Under the pieces are notes generated by a model. The model was not told where the DNA came from. It did not search any database and saw only the letters and a program-made list of their open reading frames with translations. From IMG/VR virus record IMGVR_UViG_3300032227_001252: a DNA stretch of 64,000 nucleotides, one strand, 5' to 3'. Source of the stretch: an uncultured virus (IMG/VR IMGVR_UViG_3300032227_001252). Its lineage: Duplodnaviria; Heunggongvirae; Uroviricota; Caudoviricetes. The position numbers were made by a program, and so were the translations under genes. This document shows positions 10,801 through 20,543 of the stretch, in pieces. Each line of letters opens with the position of its first letter. The first letter of the stretch is position 1.

Positions 10801-13800
10801 CGCCCTCGCAGAGGCGTCTGCACTTCAGGACAAGATTCAGTCTCGCGTTCGGCAGATGGAAGCAGAGGTGGAGGCGGTCCCGCGTAATCAACGGGTTGAG
10901 GTCTTCGTTCAGCCTGCTGATGTCGTCGTAGCGGGGAAGCGCGCTCAGGCGTACGGCAACGAGCAGGACATTCGCTCTGCGATCAACCGTCTCGTGCGCA
11001 AGCGCCTGACAGCGATGGTCGCTGAGGGCGGTCAGGAAATCCTCGCGAAGATCAACGCGGCGGATCCCGAGAACAAGATGAGCCCGTTCCGGAAGCTGGC
11101 TGAAGCCGCTCGCCGCACGGACCCGTCCATGGCTGAAGTCACTACGGAAGACTTCCTTCGCTCGATCAGGCCTCGCGTCGAGGACGTGAGCGCGATGCTC
11201 GACATGTATCGGGCCCTGTCCGAAGGGAAGCTCTCCAAGGCTGACCTCGCTTCGCAGGCACTCCAGATCAAGATGAACGACCCGAACAAGGGTGTGGCGA
11301 ACGCCGTATCTGCGATGGAGGGCTTCGACGAAGTCCTGCGCATCCGCAAGACGATGCTCGAGCCTCGCGTCATCGAAGATCCGATGGGTGAAGTCCTTCT
11401 GGTCGCGACGCGCAAGCCTGACAACAGCGGCCGCAGTCGCCCCAAGTTTGAGGTCGTCATTCGCGATGGCGTGCCCTACAAGGGCTACGGCGGCAAGCCG
11501 ATGACTCACAAGATCAACGCCTTCAAGCGCATCGAGGCGATCGGGTACGTTCCGAGCGAGATGCCTGCGACCAAGGAACTCAAGTTCGCCCGCAAGGATC
11601 TTGCCGCTGCGACGTCGATGTCCTCTTCAGTCGCTCTTGCCGCTGCCCGCGGGGGCCTCCGCACGGAGCACATCGGCGGATACGGTGCTCGGAGCCTCAC
11701 CCCGTCTGCGACCCGCGGCGGAGTCATCTACGGCGAGGGTTCCGCCATCGTCGGCGCCAAGGGTGCAGGTGTGCCTGCTGCTGAAGCTGGCGGAGACCGC
11801 GGCTCGTTCGGCACTCTGGCCGGCGTCTCGCCTGAGAGCCGCATGGAGTCGATCCTTTACCGCTACCGCTCCATGTTCCCCGATGAAGCGGAGGCAGCAG
11901 AGGCGCAGATGGGTGCGCGTGGCACTTCCAGCGAGCGAATCGCGGAGAAGCGCTACTCCATCGCAGAAGCGGCCCGGCAGGCTGGGGTTGAGATGCCCCT
12001 CACCGTCGAAGAGGCAGCCGAGCGCCGCCGCCAGGCGACGATCGGGAAGCGTGAGACCGTTGCGTCGGTCTTCTCTGCGCCCGCGGAGAAGGAAGTCACC
12101 GAAGACGATTTCACTGGACTCAACAACCCGCGAGGCCGCATGCGCCGGAGCCGTGTCGTTCGCCGCAGGAACCCGTGGGGCGATGATCTCTTCGCGATCC
12201 TGAACGCGAGCACGAACGTCGAGCAGAAGCTCGCGTCGGGCATCGCCACGGCACTCGAGGTACTCGCATCTGCACCCACGGTAGCACTTCCGCCCGAAGC
12301 GGCGCGCTCCGTTGACGCGGCGGGTTTCTACCTAGGCGCGATGACGTGGGGCTTCCGGTCTCTCGGCGAAGAGGGAATGGCAGACGCTGCGGCTGTCTCG
12401 GCCATGCTCGATCAAGTTCTTGCGCCGGATTTCCTCAAGGCGATGGGTTCGGGGGCACCTGCCGCCGTGACCGTAATGGGTCAGACTTACACGCCGACCG
12501 ACAGCGACCGTCGCTCCTTCTTCCGCCAGTGGAAGGCGGGCCCGTTCTACTCAGTTCGTCCTGATGGCGGGGTGGAAGAACGTCGTCTCGCAACCGCGGC
12601 CGCCCTCTTTGTTCGTGGGCTCCGCTGGGGCGCTTGGCTGGCAGTGCGTTCCGCGTTCGAGACCTCGGAGGCGGAGCGCACCGCAATCAGCCAGAGTTCT
12701 GTCGCCTTCCAGCAGCAGATGGCGGACGCGGCTGAGAACATTCAGAAGCTGCGCACCCTCGACCCTAAGCGTCTTGGCAATGCCGCGCGCGTTCTCGCGC
12801 GGGAAGACGACAAGATCGTCGTCAAGCAGAGTGGCTTCGTCCTCACGCGCTCTTCCCTAGACGTGCTCGGGGGCCGCGCTGATGTAGGGGAAGCCGTCGC
12901 CTCTGTGCAGGCTCTCCGCAATCAGGCTGAAGGGGCCTACGCCGACTTCATGGCAGACGTCATGGGCGCGAGCCAGGGAGAGACGGTCGATCGGAGCGCG
13001 CTCACCGCCAAGATGGAGCGGTACGAGCGCGCCGGTACGGCCCTGCGTGAGCAGCTTCGCAACCTCGAGTTGCGCGGCCTTCCACTGGACAAGGATCCTG
13101 CAGTCGTGAGCATGATCGAGTCGGGTGTGGTCCACTACCTTGCGGGACGCACTCGTCCTGGCGAGCGCCCGGCACCGCGAGACACCCGTCTTCTTCGGCT
13201 CCGCGAGTCTGTGTCCCGGCTCCTGGACATGTACGGCCGCCCGGTGATCCCTGTTGATCAGAGGACGCTGCAGGCTCTCGGCCTGCGGGCACTCAACTAC
13301 GGCGAGGGCTATACCCTCGAGAGTCGACCCTCCCTCCTGGAAGCGCGCGAGATCATCGTCCGCACTACAGCGAAGGGCGAGAAGGCTCCTCCTGCCACGG
13401 CCACCCTCATGTGCCGCCCCGGGACCCGTGCTGTTCGCGAGTTCCCTGCGCCGTTCAAGCAGTACCGCCCTGCGGAGTGGGACGGCAAGGGCTTCCTCAA
13501 CGTGATCTGGCTCTCTCCTGACGGCCAGCTCGCGCGCCTGTACCGTGCTGGGGCTTCGGTCTGCATCCTGCGCCGTCACCCCAACGAGGGCCTGCAGCCG
13601 TTCCTGGACGAGGTGGCTGAGAACTGGAACCTGTGGCTCACCGACCCCGAGCACCAGCGCCAGGCCCGCGATCAGGCCTTGAACGTGTGGATGGGCCAGT
13701 CGGGTGACATCTCTGGCGCGATGTTCAAGCTCAACACTAAGGGTGATCGAGGCGCTCTGAGCCGCAACGTCATGGCCGCGCGCATGCGCCGGGCAGGCGT

Positions 13801-14923
13801 TGGCGTTGCCGCAGACGGCAACTCCATCGTCCCCGTGCAGCGCACCGCGAACTTCTTCAAGGAGAAGATCGACGCCGGCTACCTCACGAAGTGGGGCGAC
13901 AGCGACGCCGTCGAAGCGGATGCCCGTCTCTTCTCGGACGCGATGGAGCAGGCAGGTCTGGTCACGCCCAAGGAAGCGGATGAGGCCCTCAACCGGCTTC
14001 TGGGCGACCGTGCAGGTGCGGCTCAGGCCGCGGGTGCCGACGCCTCCCGCGATGCAGCAACAAGCCTCGTTGTGCTGGCGCCCGCGCTGGCAGAGTATGC
14101 AGGCGGAGAAATCCGTGGCATCGGTGGCGACGGGCGTTTGCCCGAGGGTGCCGACCGCGTAGTCAACTTCATCCTCGGACAGCCTGCAAGCGGCACGGTT
14201 CGTGTGTACGACCAGGCCTACATCTCAGACGGAAACGTCCGACTTCGCTCCCTCGAAGCGGCACTCCTCACGGGCTCGGATGAGGTCAACAACCGTGCAC
14301 TCCGGCTGGTCAACCTGTCGCTGGCTGGTTCGCTCATCGTCGCTCGCGCGAAGGAAGACTCTGAAAGCGGGCCGAAGCTCGAGATCGTGGCGGGCAACCC
14401 GGCGGGGCGCTCAGGCGCGGAGGTCAACGCTCTTCAGAACGAACTGACGAAGAGCTCTGAAGGCGACATCACCTTCAACGCACGCGCCGCTGTTCTGCCT
14501 CAGACTCGAGTCGATGATCTCACGCAGATCGCGCTCTCCGCGGGCGCGCCTGTTCTCGTGGTGGACACTCACGATGTTCCGGATCTCGTTCCCAACGACA
14601 AGTCGGCCCTGCTCCTGTTCGCCAATGCTGTTGCCAAGATGGTTCGGTCTGGCACCGTGAGCCCGATCGTGTACGTGACCCCCGAGGAGTCCGAACGCGC
14701 AAGGATCAGTGTGAACGTCGTTCGCATGGATGCGGCCCAGAAGCTGGGCATTCAGCCCGAAGAAGTGCCGGTCATGTACGCGACGTACGCGACCCTGAAC
14801 AGGGTGAAGTCGCTTCTGACTCGGGTCGCAGCCAACCCGCTTCGTCGCCGCATGAACCCGCGCCAGCGTGAAGTCCGGCAGGTCGCCGCATCCTGGATGC
14901 GCGCTTATCCGTTCCCCGGTTGA
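7853..14923 (+). CDS. Giant hypothetical protein (2356 aa), probable virion/core polyprotein
   Basis: Uninterrupted ORF with ATGA coupling; Arg-rich NP linkers (ERENP, LNNP...RRRNP, AANP...RRMNP). Confidence 0.8.
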   Translation: MTFIVRTRIGDIDVNPKGTPMGRRELLKRAQRLVQRALQEGEAALVFERANGREAQVDAVSGQYVRTGSPANVVAAGLQRRGGAGAGRHHTRTRDVAKGSSRKARHGGRAGVRERENPDDDFTFEHLNRPHPEEERSSRRTSTPGTRTTRPSKEVWKQMSKEEKAEVEQQIATELLAQLQGVSLESLTSVLEKGAVPSYPGSDTPVNPFGLQIFSDVPDVVAAANALKIPVSEVVYYEPEKGPPWQGEIHVDNEMSTEGAVFGLSYPPRAPRVEIADRAAKGFSPFSWTALTALSKWLRDNDIHSVLIKARPPYGRFGDPVAYPAAGDAVFLLSTLPEVQPGRVSESFLRSPVSGKVVNITPSYVEIEEGKNYASEYSRLANVVADARAALTSLQAHAGKHERKVVARRRELAGEREALVRSPSTDRNRASIARLDREIAELNASLGSARKQDWREDLEYENAHAAFYGNARPETWMFTSFEGTSTTLRRPTELPRAIPPLIPALGYESAKGYPSLSQEASLDEVRRASQALFAPDLQSESIVVRPEGRELWRVQVVARQPVHEAEVAQALARAAVLEREHANVTEHLLMLESREPGALPLITAARERILEERTAAATLQREQARSKREFRPLAQALGKALNIDEPQADQGPVQVEAPADINNMARLRAMSDVKDKLDRIDGELRKVRALLRDKSVSRMVFRGAIVRRVRVPTGGRSASLADGVEIGATITAGQQLTKVPERAALVPSGRSTSAAPAQASAPRIRPINVYLRRDTDVDAIAGMFAPKGTALPVRSVLIRDGVRLAPNEVGSFVLNFDGTPYTVYATTKTETPLKVEPTIRMLGGLGNFLEKLGILAAADVARMTPAARESFTLPAAQVQSVASTAFGDDPRMTRWLKGETAAHALFLSTEPPAGAVRGYGAGSGAPETKFLAPLNRTDRDAVPVDEIIGLTLYAFVHTRPLDIAPMKVVKGRELMEGGVSFADALAEASALQDKIQSRVRQMEAEVEAVPRNQRVEVFVQPADVVVAGKRAQAYGNEQDIRSAINRLVRKRLTAMVAEGGQEILAKINAADPENKMSPFRKLAEAARRTDPSMAEVTTEDFLRSIRPRVEDVSAMLDMYRALSEGKLSKADLASQALQIKMNDPNKGVANAVSAMEGFDEVLRIRKTMLEPRVIEDPMGEVLLVATRKPDNSGRSRPKFEVVIRDGVPYKGYGGKPMTHKINAFKRIEAIGYVPSEMPATKELKFARKDLAAATSMSSSVALAAARGGLRTEHIGGYGARSLTPSATRGGVIYGEGSAIVGAKGAGVPAAEAGGDRGSFGTLAGVSPESRMESILYRYRSMFPDEAEAAEAQMGARGTSSERIAEKRYSIAEAARQAGVEMPLTVEEAAERRRQATIGKRETVASVFSAPAEKEVTEDDFTGLNNPRGRMRRSRVVRRRNPWGDDLFAILNASTNVEQKLASGIATALEVLASAPTVALPPEAARSVDAAGFYLGAMTWGFRSLGEEGMADAAAVSAMLDQVLAPDFLKAMGSGAPAAVTVMGQTYTPTDSDRRSFFRQWKAGPFYSVRPDGGVEERRLATAAALFVRGLRWGAWLAVRSAFETSEAERTAISQSSVAFQQQMADAAENIQKLRTLDPKRLGNAARVLAREDDKIVVKQSGFVLTRSSLDVLGGRADVGEAVASVQALRNQAEGAYADFMADVMGASQGETVDRSALTAKMERYERAGTALREQLRNLELRGLPLDKDPAVVSMIESGVVHYLAGRTRPGERPAPRDTRLLRLRESVSRLLDMYGRPVIPVDQRTLQALGLRALNYGEGYTLESRPSLLEAREIIVRTTAKGEKAPPATATLMCRPGTRAVREFPAPFKQYRPAEWDGKGFLNVIWLSPDGQLARLYRAGASVCILRRHPNEGLQPFLDEVAENWNLWLTDPEHQRQARDQALNVWMGQSGDISGAMFKLNTKGDRGALSRNVMAARMRRAGVGVAADGNSIVPVQRTANFFKEKIDAGYLTKWGDSDAVEADARLFSDAMEQAGLVTPKEADEALNRLLGDRAGAAQAAGADASRDAATSLVVLAPALAEYAGGEIRGIGGDGRLPEGADRVVNFILGQPASGTVRVYDQAYISDGNVRLRSLEAALLTGSDEVNNRALRLVNLSLAGSLIVARAKEDSESGPKLEIVAGNPAGRSGAEVNALQNELTKSSEGDITFNARAAVLPQTRVDDLTQIALSAGAPVLVVDTHDVPDLVPNDKSALLLFANAVAKMVRSGTVSPIVYVTPEESERARISVNVVRMDAAQKLGIQPEEVPVMYATYATLNRVKSLLTRVAANPLRRRMNPRQREVRQVAASWMRAYPFPG

Positions 14924-14957
14924 CGCCGTGCCCCTGCATGAATAATGTCGGGGCATG
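14920..14957 (+). promoter_or_regulatory. Sigma70-type leaderless promoter
   Basis: TTGACG(14920)-17 bp-TAATGT(14943), then 6 nt to ATG 14955; no SD. Confidence 0.65.
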
Positions 14958-15323
14958 GCTGCACACGTCGAACTGGAAGAGTGGATCACCCCTGAACTCG
15001 TGGAGGCGGCCTACAGGACTGCCATCCGCATGCAGCAGGCGCGAGCGGAGTGGTGGGCGAACGTCGGGTGGAAAGCGGCCCAGCAGCGCGACCCCAAGCT
15101 CCTGAAGGCGCTCGAGAAGGCCGCAGAAGTCGTCACCAAGATGGACGAAGAGCAGCGCGGCCGCACGCGGCGGCACGCTCAGTACCTCAACCATCAGACT
15201 GAGACGACGGAGACGCAGCTCTTCCGTGAGTCGTACCGCCTGATGGACGAAGGTCGGCCCATCGAGAACCTGAAGTGGATCTACGGCGCCGGCGCTTGGC
15301 TCTGCGGCTACAACAACGCGTAG
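14955..15323 (+). CDS. Hypothetical protein
   Basis: 122 aa; leaderless promoter; codon bias. Confidence 0.7.
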   Translation: MAAHVELEEWITPELVEAAYRTAIRMQQARAEWWANVGWKAAQQRDPKLLKALEKAAEVVTKMDEEQRGRTRRHAQYLNHQTETTETQLFRESYRLMDEGRPIENLKWIYGAGAWLCGYNNA

Positions 15324-15377
15324 CACAGGCCGCCACTCGAGCTGCCCCCCTCGCCGTAGAGTGAGCGGGAGGTCCAC

Positions 15378-15881
15378 ATGCGCCGCATCCGTCCCGTCAG
15401 TTTGACGATCCGCAGGAACCCGTCCGAGTTCTGGAAGCAGCACCTCCCTAAGGCGATTGAAGAGTTCAAAGCCCGCCGGAGCCTGATGCTGGGTTACATC
15501 CCTGGAGAAGCCGAAGGTAGGGATCTGTCTGGTGCCGACCTCAGAGGCGTCCGCCTTCAAGGAGCCACCCTTGAAAGCAGCCTACTCACGGACGCTAACC
15601 TTGAGGACGCTGACCTCACGGGTGCCCGCCTGACGAACGCCAACCTCGACGGCGCCAACCTCACGGGGGCTAACCTCAGGGACGCCAAACTCAACAATGC
15701 CTTCTTGGCGGACGCTGACCTTACCGGCGCCAACCTCGTGTATGCAGACTTCCGGGACGCTGACCTCTCCCGCGCTAAGCTCGATGAAGCTGAGCTCTGG
15801 CATGCCAACTTCACGTTCGCATGGGGCCTGTCAGCGGAGCAGAAGGCGGACTTCAAGAGGCGGGGCGCCATCGTCGACTGA
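15378..15881 (+). CDS. Pentapeptide-repeat protein with N-terminal RRNP leader
   Basis: A(D/N)LxG repeats (ADLRG, ANLED, ADLTG, ANLDG, ANLTG...). Confidence 0.9.
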   Translation: MRRIRPVSLTIRRNPSEFWKQHLPKAIEEFKARRSLMLGYIPGEAEGRDLSGADLRGVRLQGATLESSLLTDANLEDADLTGARLTNANLDGANLTGANLRDAKLNNAFLADADLTGANLVYADFRDADLSRAKLDEAELWHANFTFAWGLSAEQKADFKRRGAIVD

Positions 15882-15899
15882 ACGGGTTAGCGTCGGGTC

Positions 15900-16334
15900 A
15901 TGAGCCACTACGTCGACTCGCGAGTTCAGAAGTTCTACGACGAAGCGAGCGCAGCCAAGAAGGAACTTCGACGCCTGGCGGTGGACATTGCCGGGTGGCG
16001 AATCGACCACGCGGACATGCCCGTGTTCGACACTCCGCGGCTGCACTTGAGTTCTCAAGTGATCCCTGACGTGGTCTGGGCGCTGGAGAACGGGCGGCTG
16101 GACATCGCCAGTCGCATCATCGAGATGGTGGATCAGTACAACAACTCCATGGGCTCGGCCGCGATGATGCAGCTGCGCGTCCATCGAGAGCTGCACGAGA
16201 AAGCAGTGCAGGCGCACGATGGCGGCGACGTGCCGGACTACCTCGACGACGAGGACGAGGATCCTCCTGTGCTGCGGCTCTCCCCTGAGGAGGCACAGGC
16301 GGCGTTCGGGCCGATCGAAGTCGAAGAGGACTAA
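15900..16334 (+). CDS. Hypothetical protein
   Basis: 144 aa; TAGCGT-6 nt-ATG; acidic C-terminus. Confidence 0.7.
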   Translation: MSHYVDSRVQKFYDEASAAKKELRRLAVDIAGWRIDHADMPVFDTPRLHLSSQVIPDVVWALENGRLDIASRIIEMVDQYNNSMGSAAMMQLRVHRELHEKAVQAHDGGDVPDYLDDEDEDPPVLRLSPEEAQAAFGPIEVEED

Positions 16335-16402
16335 AGCACCGCGGTGCTATCTGCGCGTTGCCGGGTGCTCGGTCGCTCCGTATCATTCGACCCGAGGCCG
16401 AC

Positions 16403-17959
16403 ATGAACGACAACAACAACGCCGCCCTCCTTGCAGAGGCGAAGTCCCTCGACACCCTCATCTCGAACCTCGAGGTTGAGGCATTCCGTCAGTCGAGTGC
16501 GGGAGCGCCGCACCGTGCGATGGAATCTGCGCGTCGGGCCAAGGACCTCCGCGAGCGGCGGGCCGCGATCCTCGAACAGCTCCGCGTCCGGCAGGTGCTC
16601 GGCGAGTTCGACAGCCTGGGCGCGGCGGATGCCGGGGGAAAGCGGGTCAGCGGCATTACGCAGGCTGAGTACGAGGCCGCGAACAGGGCTTACGTTGCAG
16701 CAGAGCAGACTGTCCTCGCGCAGGAGAATTTGCTCGCGAAGATCGCCAAGCTGACGGCAGGAAAGGCTCTTGCCGCTGCGAAGGGCATCATGCCTGACGA
16801 CGTCCTTGCGGCGTACTCCAAGATGACCCGGGCTTCGGCTGACATGATGGATGCCGCCGGCACCCGTGAAGCCTTCAGCAGCAAGAACCTCCTGCGTCGT
16901 GCATACGGCGAGCGCCTCCAGGGCCAGCGTTCGCTCGAACGTCACGAGAAGTTCTGGGCAAAGCTCCCCCAGAAGTTGGCGAAGGCGCAGGCTGAGGCGT
17001 TCCAGAAGGGCCGCGCAACTCTCCGCACGTTCATCCTGAAGCGCGCACGCGCTGCCGGGGCTACTCCGGCTGCTGTGACTGCTGCGCCTGCTGCAGCAGC
17101 GCCGAAGGTCAGGCACGTGCGCCGCTACTCGGTGACCTGCCGTCCTGGCGACCGGTGCTTCAAGTTGGCGGATCGCGTCACTGCCATCCGCCGTCGCGAG
17201 GTCTCCCCCACGAAGCTCCGTGCAGTGAAGCGCCGTCTAGCTCTCCAGCAGGGCGCACGCCTCCCTGATCCGATCGTGCTGCGGCTCATCGCGAATCGCA
17301 TCGCGAAGCGCTACCCCCGCCCCTCCAGCATGCGTGAAGAAGTCTACGGGGATCTCATCCTCGAGCTGACCAAGCGCGCCGCCATCCACACGGCGAACGC
17401 ACAGGCCGGCGGCACTCCCGCTCCGAAGGCAGCAGAGGCAGCCGCGGCCCAGGTCGTGTCTCAGGATCTCGCAGCGGTCAAGGAAGAGGTCACCACGGGT
17501 GTTTCGGCCCCCGCGGGCGAGCAGGTGGCGGCTGCTGCCGTGGCGTCTGCTGCGGCTCAGGTTCTGCAGGGTGCTGCAGACGCGGGCACCATGCCGTCCG
17601 TTCCCGCAACACCTGCTGCTGTTCAGCAGCAGGTCGTGCAGGTGGCATCGGCTCCGGATCCGGCAGCAGCCGCAGCCACGACGCCCGACGTCGAGATTTC
17701 GATGTCGGAAGACTTCTTGATGGACGATCTCGCCCCGACGGAAGCGTCCGCAGAGCTGGCACCCAGCGCATCTGCTGACGCTGCTACCGCGGATACTGTG
17801 ACGGAAGTCTCTGTCGCCGACGATTCGGAACCCTTCTACAAGAAGCCGCTGTTCTGGGCCGCGGCTGCAGGTGTAGTCGGCGTTGGATACATGGTCCTTC
17901 GCAAGAAGGGAGAGGAGGCCGGGGCGGTCCCGGCTCCTGCTCCTGAACTTGCGGAGTGA
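16403..17959 (+). CDS. Ala-rich tail-anchored membrane protein
   Basis: TTGCCG-17-TATCAT promoter upstream; C-terminal TM KPLFWAAAAGVVGVGYMVLRKK. Confidence 0.8.
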   Translation: MNDNNNAALLAEAKSLDTLISNLEVEAFRQSSAGAPHRAMESARRAKDLRERRAAILEQLRVRQVLGEFDSLGAADAGGKRVSGITQAEYEAANRAYVAAEQTVLAQENLLAKIAKLTAGKALAAAKGIMPDDVLAAYSKMTRASADMMDAAGTREAFSSKNLLRRAYGERLQGQRSLERHEKFWAKLPQKLAKAQAEAFQKGRATLRTFILKRARAAGATPAAVTAAPAAAAPKVRHVRRYSVTCRPGDRCFKLADRVTAIRRREVSPTKLRAVKRRLALQQGARLPDPIVLRLIANRIAKRYPRPSSMREEVYGDLILELTKRAAIHTANAQAGGTPAPKAAEAAAAQVVSQDLAAVKEEVTTGVSAPAGEQVAAAAVASAAAQVLQGAADAGTMPSVPATPAAVQQQVVQVASAPDPAAAAATTPDVEISMSEDFLMDDLAPTEASAELAPSASADAATADTVTEVSVADDSEPFYKKPLFWAAAAGVVGVGYMVLRKKGEEAGAVPAPAPELAE

Positions 17960-17961
17960 TC

Positions 17962-18213
17962 ATGAAGTGGAATCCGATGGCCATGCTCCCCCTCGTCAGC
18001 AAGCTGGGGGAGTACCTCAAGGAAGGGTTCGAGCACTACGCTACTCTTCATGCGAGCGGTCAGAAGCTCAGCCCTGACATGCTTGCCGTCTTCATGTCCA
18101 TGAAGATGGCGAACTGGAACCCGCAGATGAACGGCAAGAACCTGATGGATGACGATACGCGGCAGGCCGCGGCGCGCTTCCTCGCAGGGGTTGCCATCAA
18201 CATGGCGAAGTGA
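17962..18213 (+). CDS. Small hypothetical protein
   Basis: SD GGAG; coupled within operon. Confidence 0.7.
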   Translation: MKWNPMAMLPLVSKLGEYLKEGFEHYATLHASGQKLSPDMLAVFMSMKMANWNPQMNGKNLMDDDTRQAAARFLAGVAINMAK

Positions 18214-18219
18214 GGCAGG

Positions 18220-19608
18220 ATGTACGACGACAACGGCTACGCAGGCATCCCTGACGAACTCCCCAGCGGGTACGGCTACGCCGACTCGCAGCCTGCAACC
18301 GTGCACGCGAACGCGGACACGGCGAAGGCCGCAGAACTGTTCGCGCCGCAGGCGTCGTACTCCATGACCACGACCTCGGACGGTCGGGGGTCGGTGCAGC
18401 AGCACCCTGGCAACGTGCGGCCTTCGATGCTGCCGCCCCGCCAGACGTTCACTGCTCCTCCCCCTCCTCGTGCACGCGTCGTCGGGCCGCGTGGATTCCA
18501 GTCTTCTGGTCTCCACACCACCCCGTCGAACGCGATCAGCATGCGGGCACGCCCCACCGAGCAGCAGATCCCTTCCGGCGTGCCGAAGGCGATCCGCTAC
18601 GAAGACCTCCCCGGGAACGCACTCGACGGGGACGACGATGACGCACTCGGCGCAGACTACGGTCTGACCTCCGAGGAGAAGGCGGCCAAGAAGAAGGCCA
18701 AGGAAGAAGCCAAGGCCAAGGCCGCCGCAGAGAAGGCCGCAGGCAAGCAGCGCAAGGCAGCGGAGAAGTCCGCCTCGAAGGAAGCCCTTCGCGGCTGGCA
18801 GCAGGCGGCTCAGCTCGGCCTTCGCTTCGACCAGGCCCGGGGCAAGTGGTACCGCGACGTCAAGATCGCGGGCGGGGCTGTCGAAGTCACGCAGGAGGCC
18901 CGGCCTCTTCTGACTCTCAAGGCCAAGGGCCCCGCGGTCAAGCGCCTGCAGAGCCTCCTCGCCCAGCGGGGTTTCCCTGCAGGGACGAGCGGCACGTACG
19001 ATGCCGCGGTCAAGCAGCAGGTGATTGCCTTCCAGAACAGCGTGGGTCTTGAAGGCGACGGGAAGGTGGGCGCGGAGACGTGGGAGGCTCTTGATCCCAC
19101 GCAGAAGGACGCTCCTGGCGGCCGCACTGTCCGGCAGTATCAGGAAGGCGCTGTCGCCATCATGAAGGGCTCCTTGCCTGCGGGAGCATCCGCCGGTGTC
19201 GTCCTCTCACCCACGAAGTTCAAGGATCTGGTGCTCACGCTCAAGGCAGACGTGGAAGAAGGCTACGGCCCGTTCCCGCTGCCCGGCCTGACGCCCCCGC
19301 CCGCGAACTGGGACTTCAAGCTGGGTAAGATGAAGCCCGGCTTCACCCTGGACGTGGCCGCTCTCGAGAAGCAGCTCACCAAGGTCGCCAGCAAGTTCAA
19401 GCCCTCCGGCACCGCGGCTCCCGCCGAAGAGTCCCTCGCAACGGACATGACTGTGCCTGGCGGCACGCCTTCGACCGGGGAGAAGCCCACCAACTGGCTT
19501 TTGATCGGCGGAATCGCGGCCGGCGTGCTCGTGATCGGCGGTCTGTTCATCGCCTTCAGCGGAGGAGACGACAAGAAGGCGGCTCCTGCCGCGGGCGCAG
19601 AGGGGTAG
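18220..19608 (+). CDS. Peptidoglycan-binding-domain protein with C-terminal TM anchor
   Basis: PG_binding_1-like GPAVKRLQSLL...VIAFQNSVGLEGDGKVGAETWEAL; TM NWLLIGGIAAGVLVIGGLFIAF. Confidence 0.85.
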   Translation: MYDDNGYAGIPDELPSGYGYADSQPATVHANADTAKAAELFAPQASYSMTTTSDGRGSVQQHPGNVRPSMLPPRQTFTAPPPPRARVVGPRGFQSSGLHTTPSNAISMRARPTEQQIPSGVPKAIRYEDLPGNALDGDDDDALGADYGLTSEEKAAKKKAKEEAKAKAAAEKAAGKQRKAAEKSASKEALRGWQQAAQLGLRFDQARGKWYRDVKIAGGAVEVTQEARPLLTLKAKGPAVKRLQSLLAQRGFPAGTSGTYDAAVKQQVIAFQNSVGLEGDGKVGAETWEALDPTQKDAPGGRTVRQYQEGAVAIMKGSLPAGASAGVVLSPTKFKDLVLTLKADVEEGYGPFPLPGLTPPPANWDFKLGKMKPGFTLDVAALEKQLTKVASKFKPSGTAAPAEESLATDMTVPGGTPSTGEKPTNWLLIGGIAAGVLVIGGLFIAFSGGDDKKAAPAAGAEG

Positions 19609-19611
19609 GAC

Positions 19612-20049
19612 ATGTTCCACACGAGCTACCAGCCGTACAAGCCGTTGACGCCCTACGCCCCCACAGGGCAGGGCGCGCAGTTCGGCTTCGGTGCTGCTGC
19701 GGACAGCATGGAGACGGACACCACCCGTCTTGTGTCCCAGGGCGCGGACATCGCCTCTACCCTTATCGGTAAGGGGATCACGGCCCGTTCTGCGCGGAAG
19801 CTCGAGCAGGAAAAGCGAAAGACAGCCAAGGTCACGAAGAAGTACGACATCAAGATCTCGGCCTCGAAGGCGAAGCAAGAAGAAGCGAGGGCTCAAGCCG
19901 CCGCTGCTGAAGCAGAAGCCCGCCGTGTTGAGGCGGAGCAGGCCGCGAAGGCACAGACCACGAAGTACGCAGTGCTCGGAGGTGTTGGCCTCGCAGCCGT
20001 TCTCGCGGGAGTCATCATCGTGAAGACGCTGAAGAGGAGGACGGCATGA
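19612..20049 (+). CDS. Tail-anchored membrane protein
   Basis: FGFGA motif, basic coiled coil, C-terminal TM followed by KRR. Confidence 0.8.
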   Translation: MFHTSYQPYKPLTPYAPTGQGAQFGFGAAADSMETDTTRLVSQGADIASTLIGKGITARSARKLEQEKRKTAKVTKKYDIKISASKAKQEEARAQAAAAEAEARRVEAEQAAKAQTTKYAVLGGVGLAAVLAGVIIVKTLKRRTA

Positions 20050-20543
20050 GCCAGTTTCAGACCACGTTCCAGCCGTTCCGCACGGGGTGGGGCGCCGACG
20101 CGTCGGGTGTAGAAGTTACCCCAGAAAACGCACAGGCGGCAGTGAACTCTCTCGCGACCCCGCCCTCGACGGTCGGCGAATACGACGAGTACATCTCCTA
20201 CTTCAACAAATCTGCCGAAGGCCTGAAGACCCTGCTCTTCGGGAAGGACGCCCGCACTACGGCGGCCATCCTGCAAGCGCGCTTGGTCAACCTCAAGGGT
20301 GACAAGAAGCGCTACGGCAAGATCCCTGTCGTGGGCAAGCTCGTGAGCGGGTTCATCGACAACCAGATTCGATCCGCACAGGCTGAGTACAACGCCGCGG
20401 CAACGCAGGCGCAGGAAGAGCAGTACGCGGCCAACACCAAGTTGGTCATCGGCACGCTCACCGTCGGCCTTGGTGTCCTCGGTTCTGTTGCACTTCTGCA
20501 GTACATCGCGTTCCTGCGCGCTCGTACGAAGGCGATCAGCTGA
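20046..20543 (+). CDS. Tail-anchored membrane protein
   Basis: SD GAGGAGG; WGAD motif; C-terminal TM. Confidence 0.8.
   Translation: MSQFQTTFQPFRTGWGADASGVEVTPENAQAAVNSLATPPSTVGEYDEYISYFNKSAEGLKTLLFGKDARTTAAILQARLVNLKGDKKRYGKIPVVGKLVSGFIDNQIRSAQAEYNAAATQAQEEQYAANTKLVIGTLTVGLGVLGSVALLQYIAFLRARTKAIS

Noticed and set aside
7853..14923. Virion RNA polymerase identity
   Set aside because: No DxDGD or single-subunit polymerase motifs recognised.
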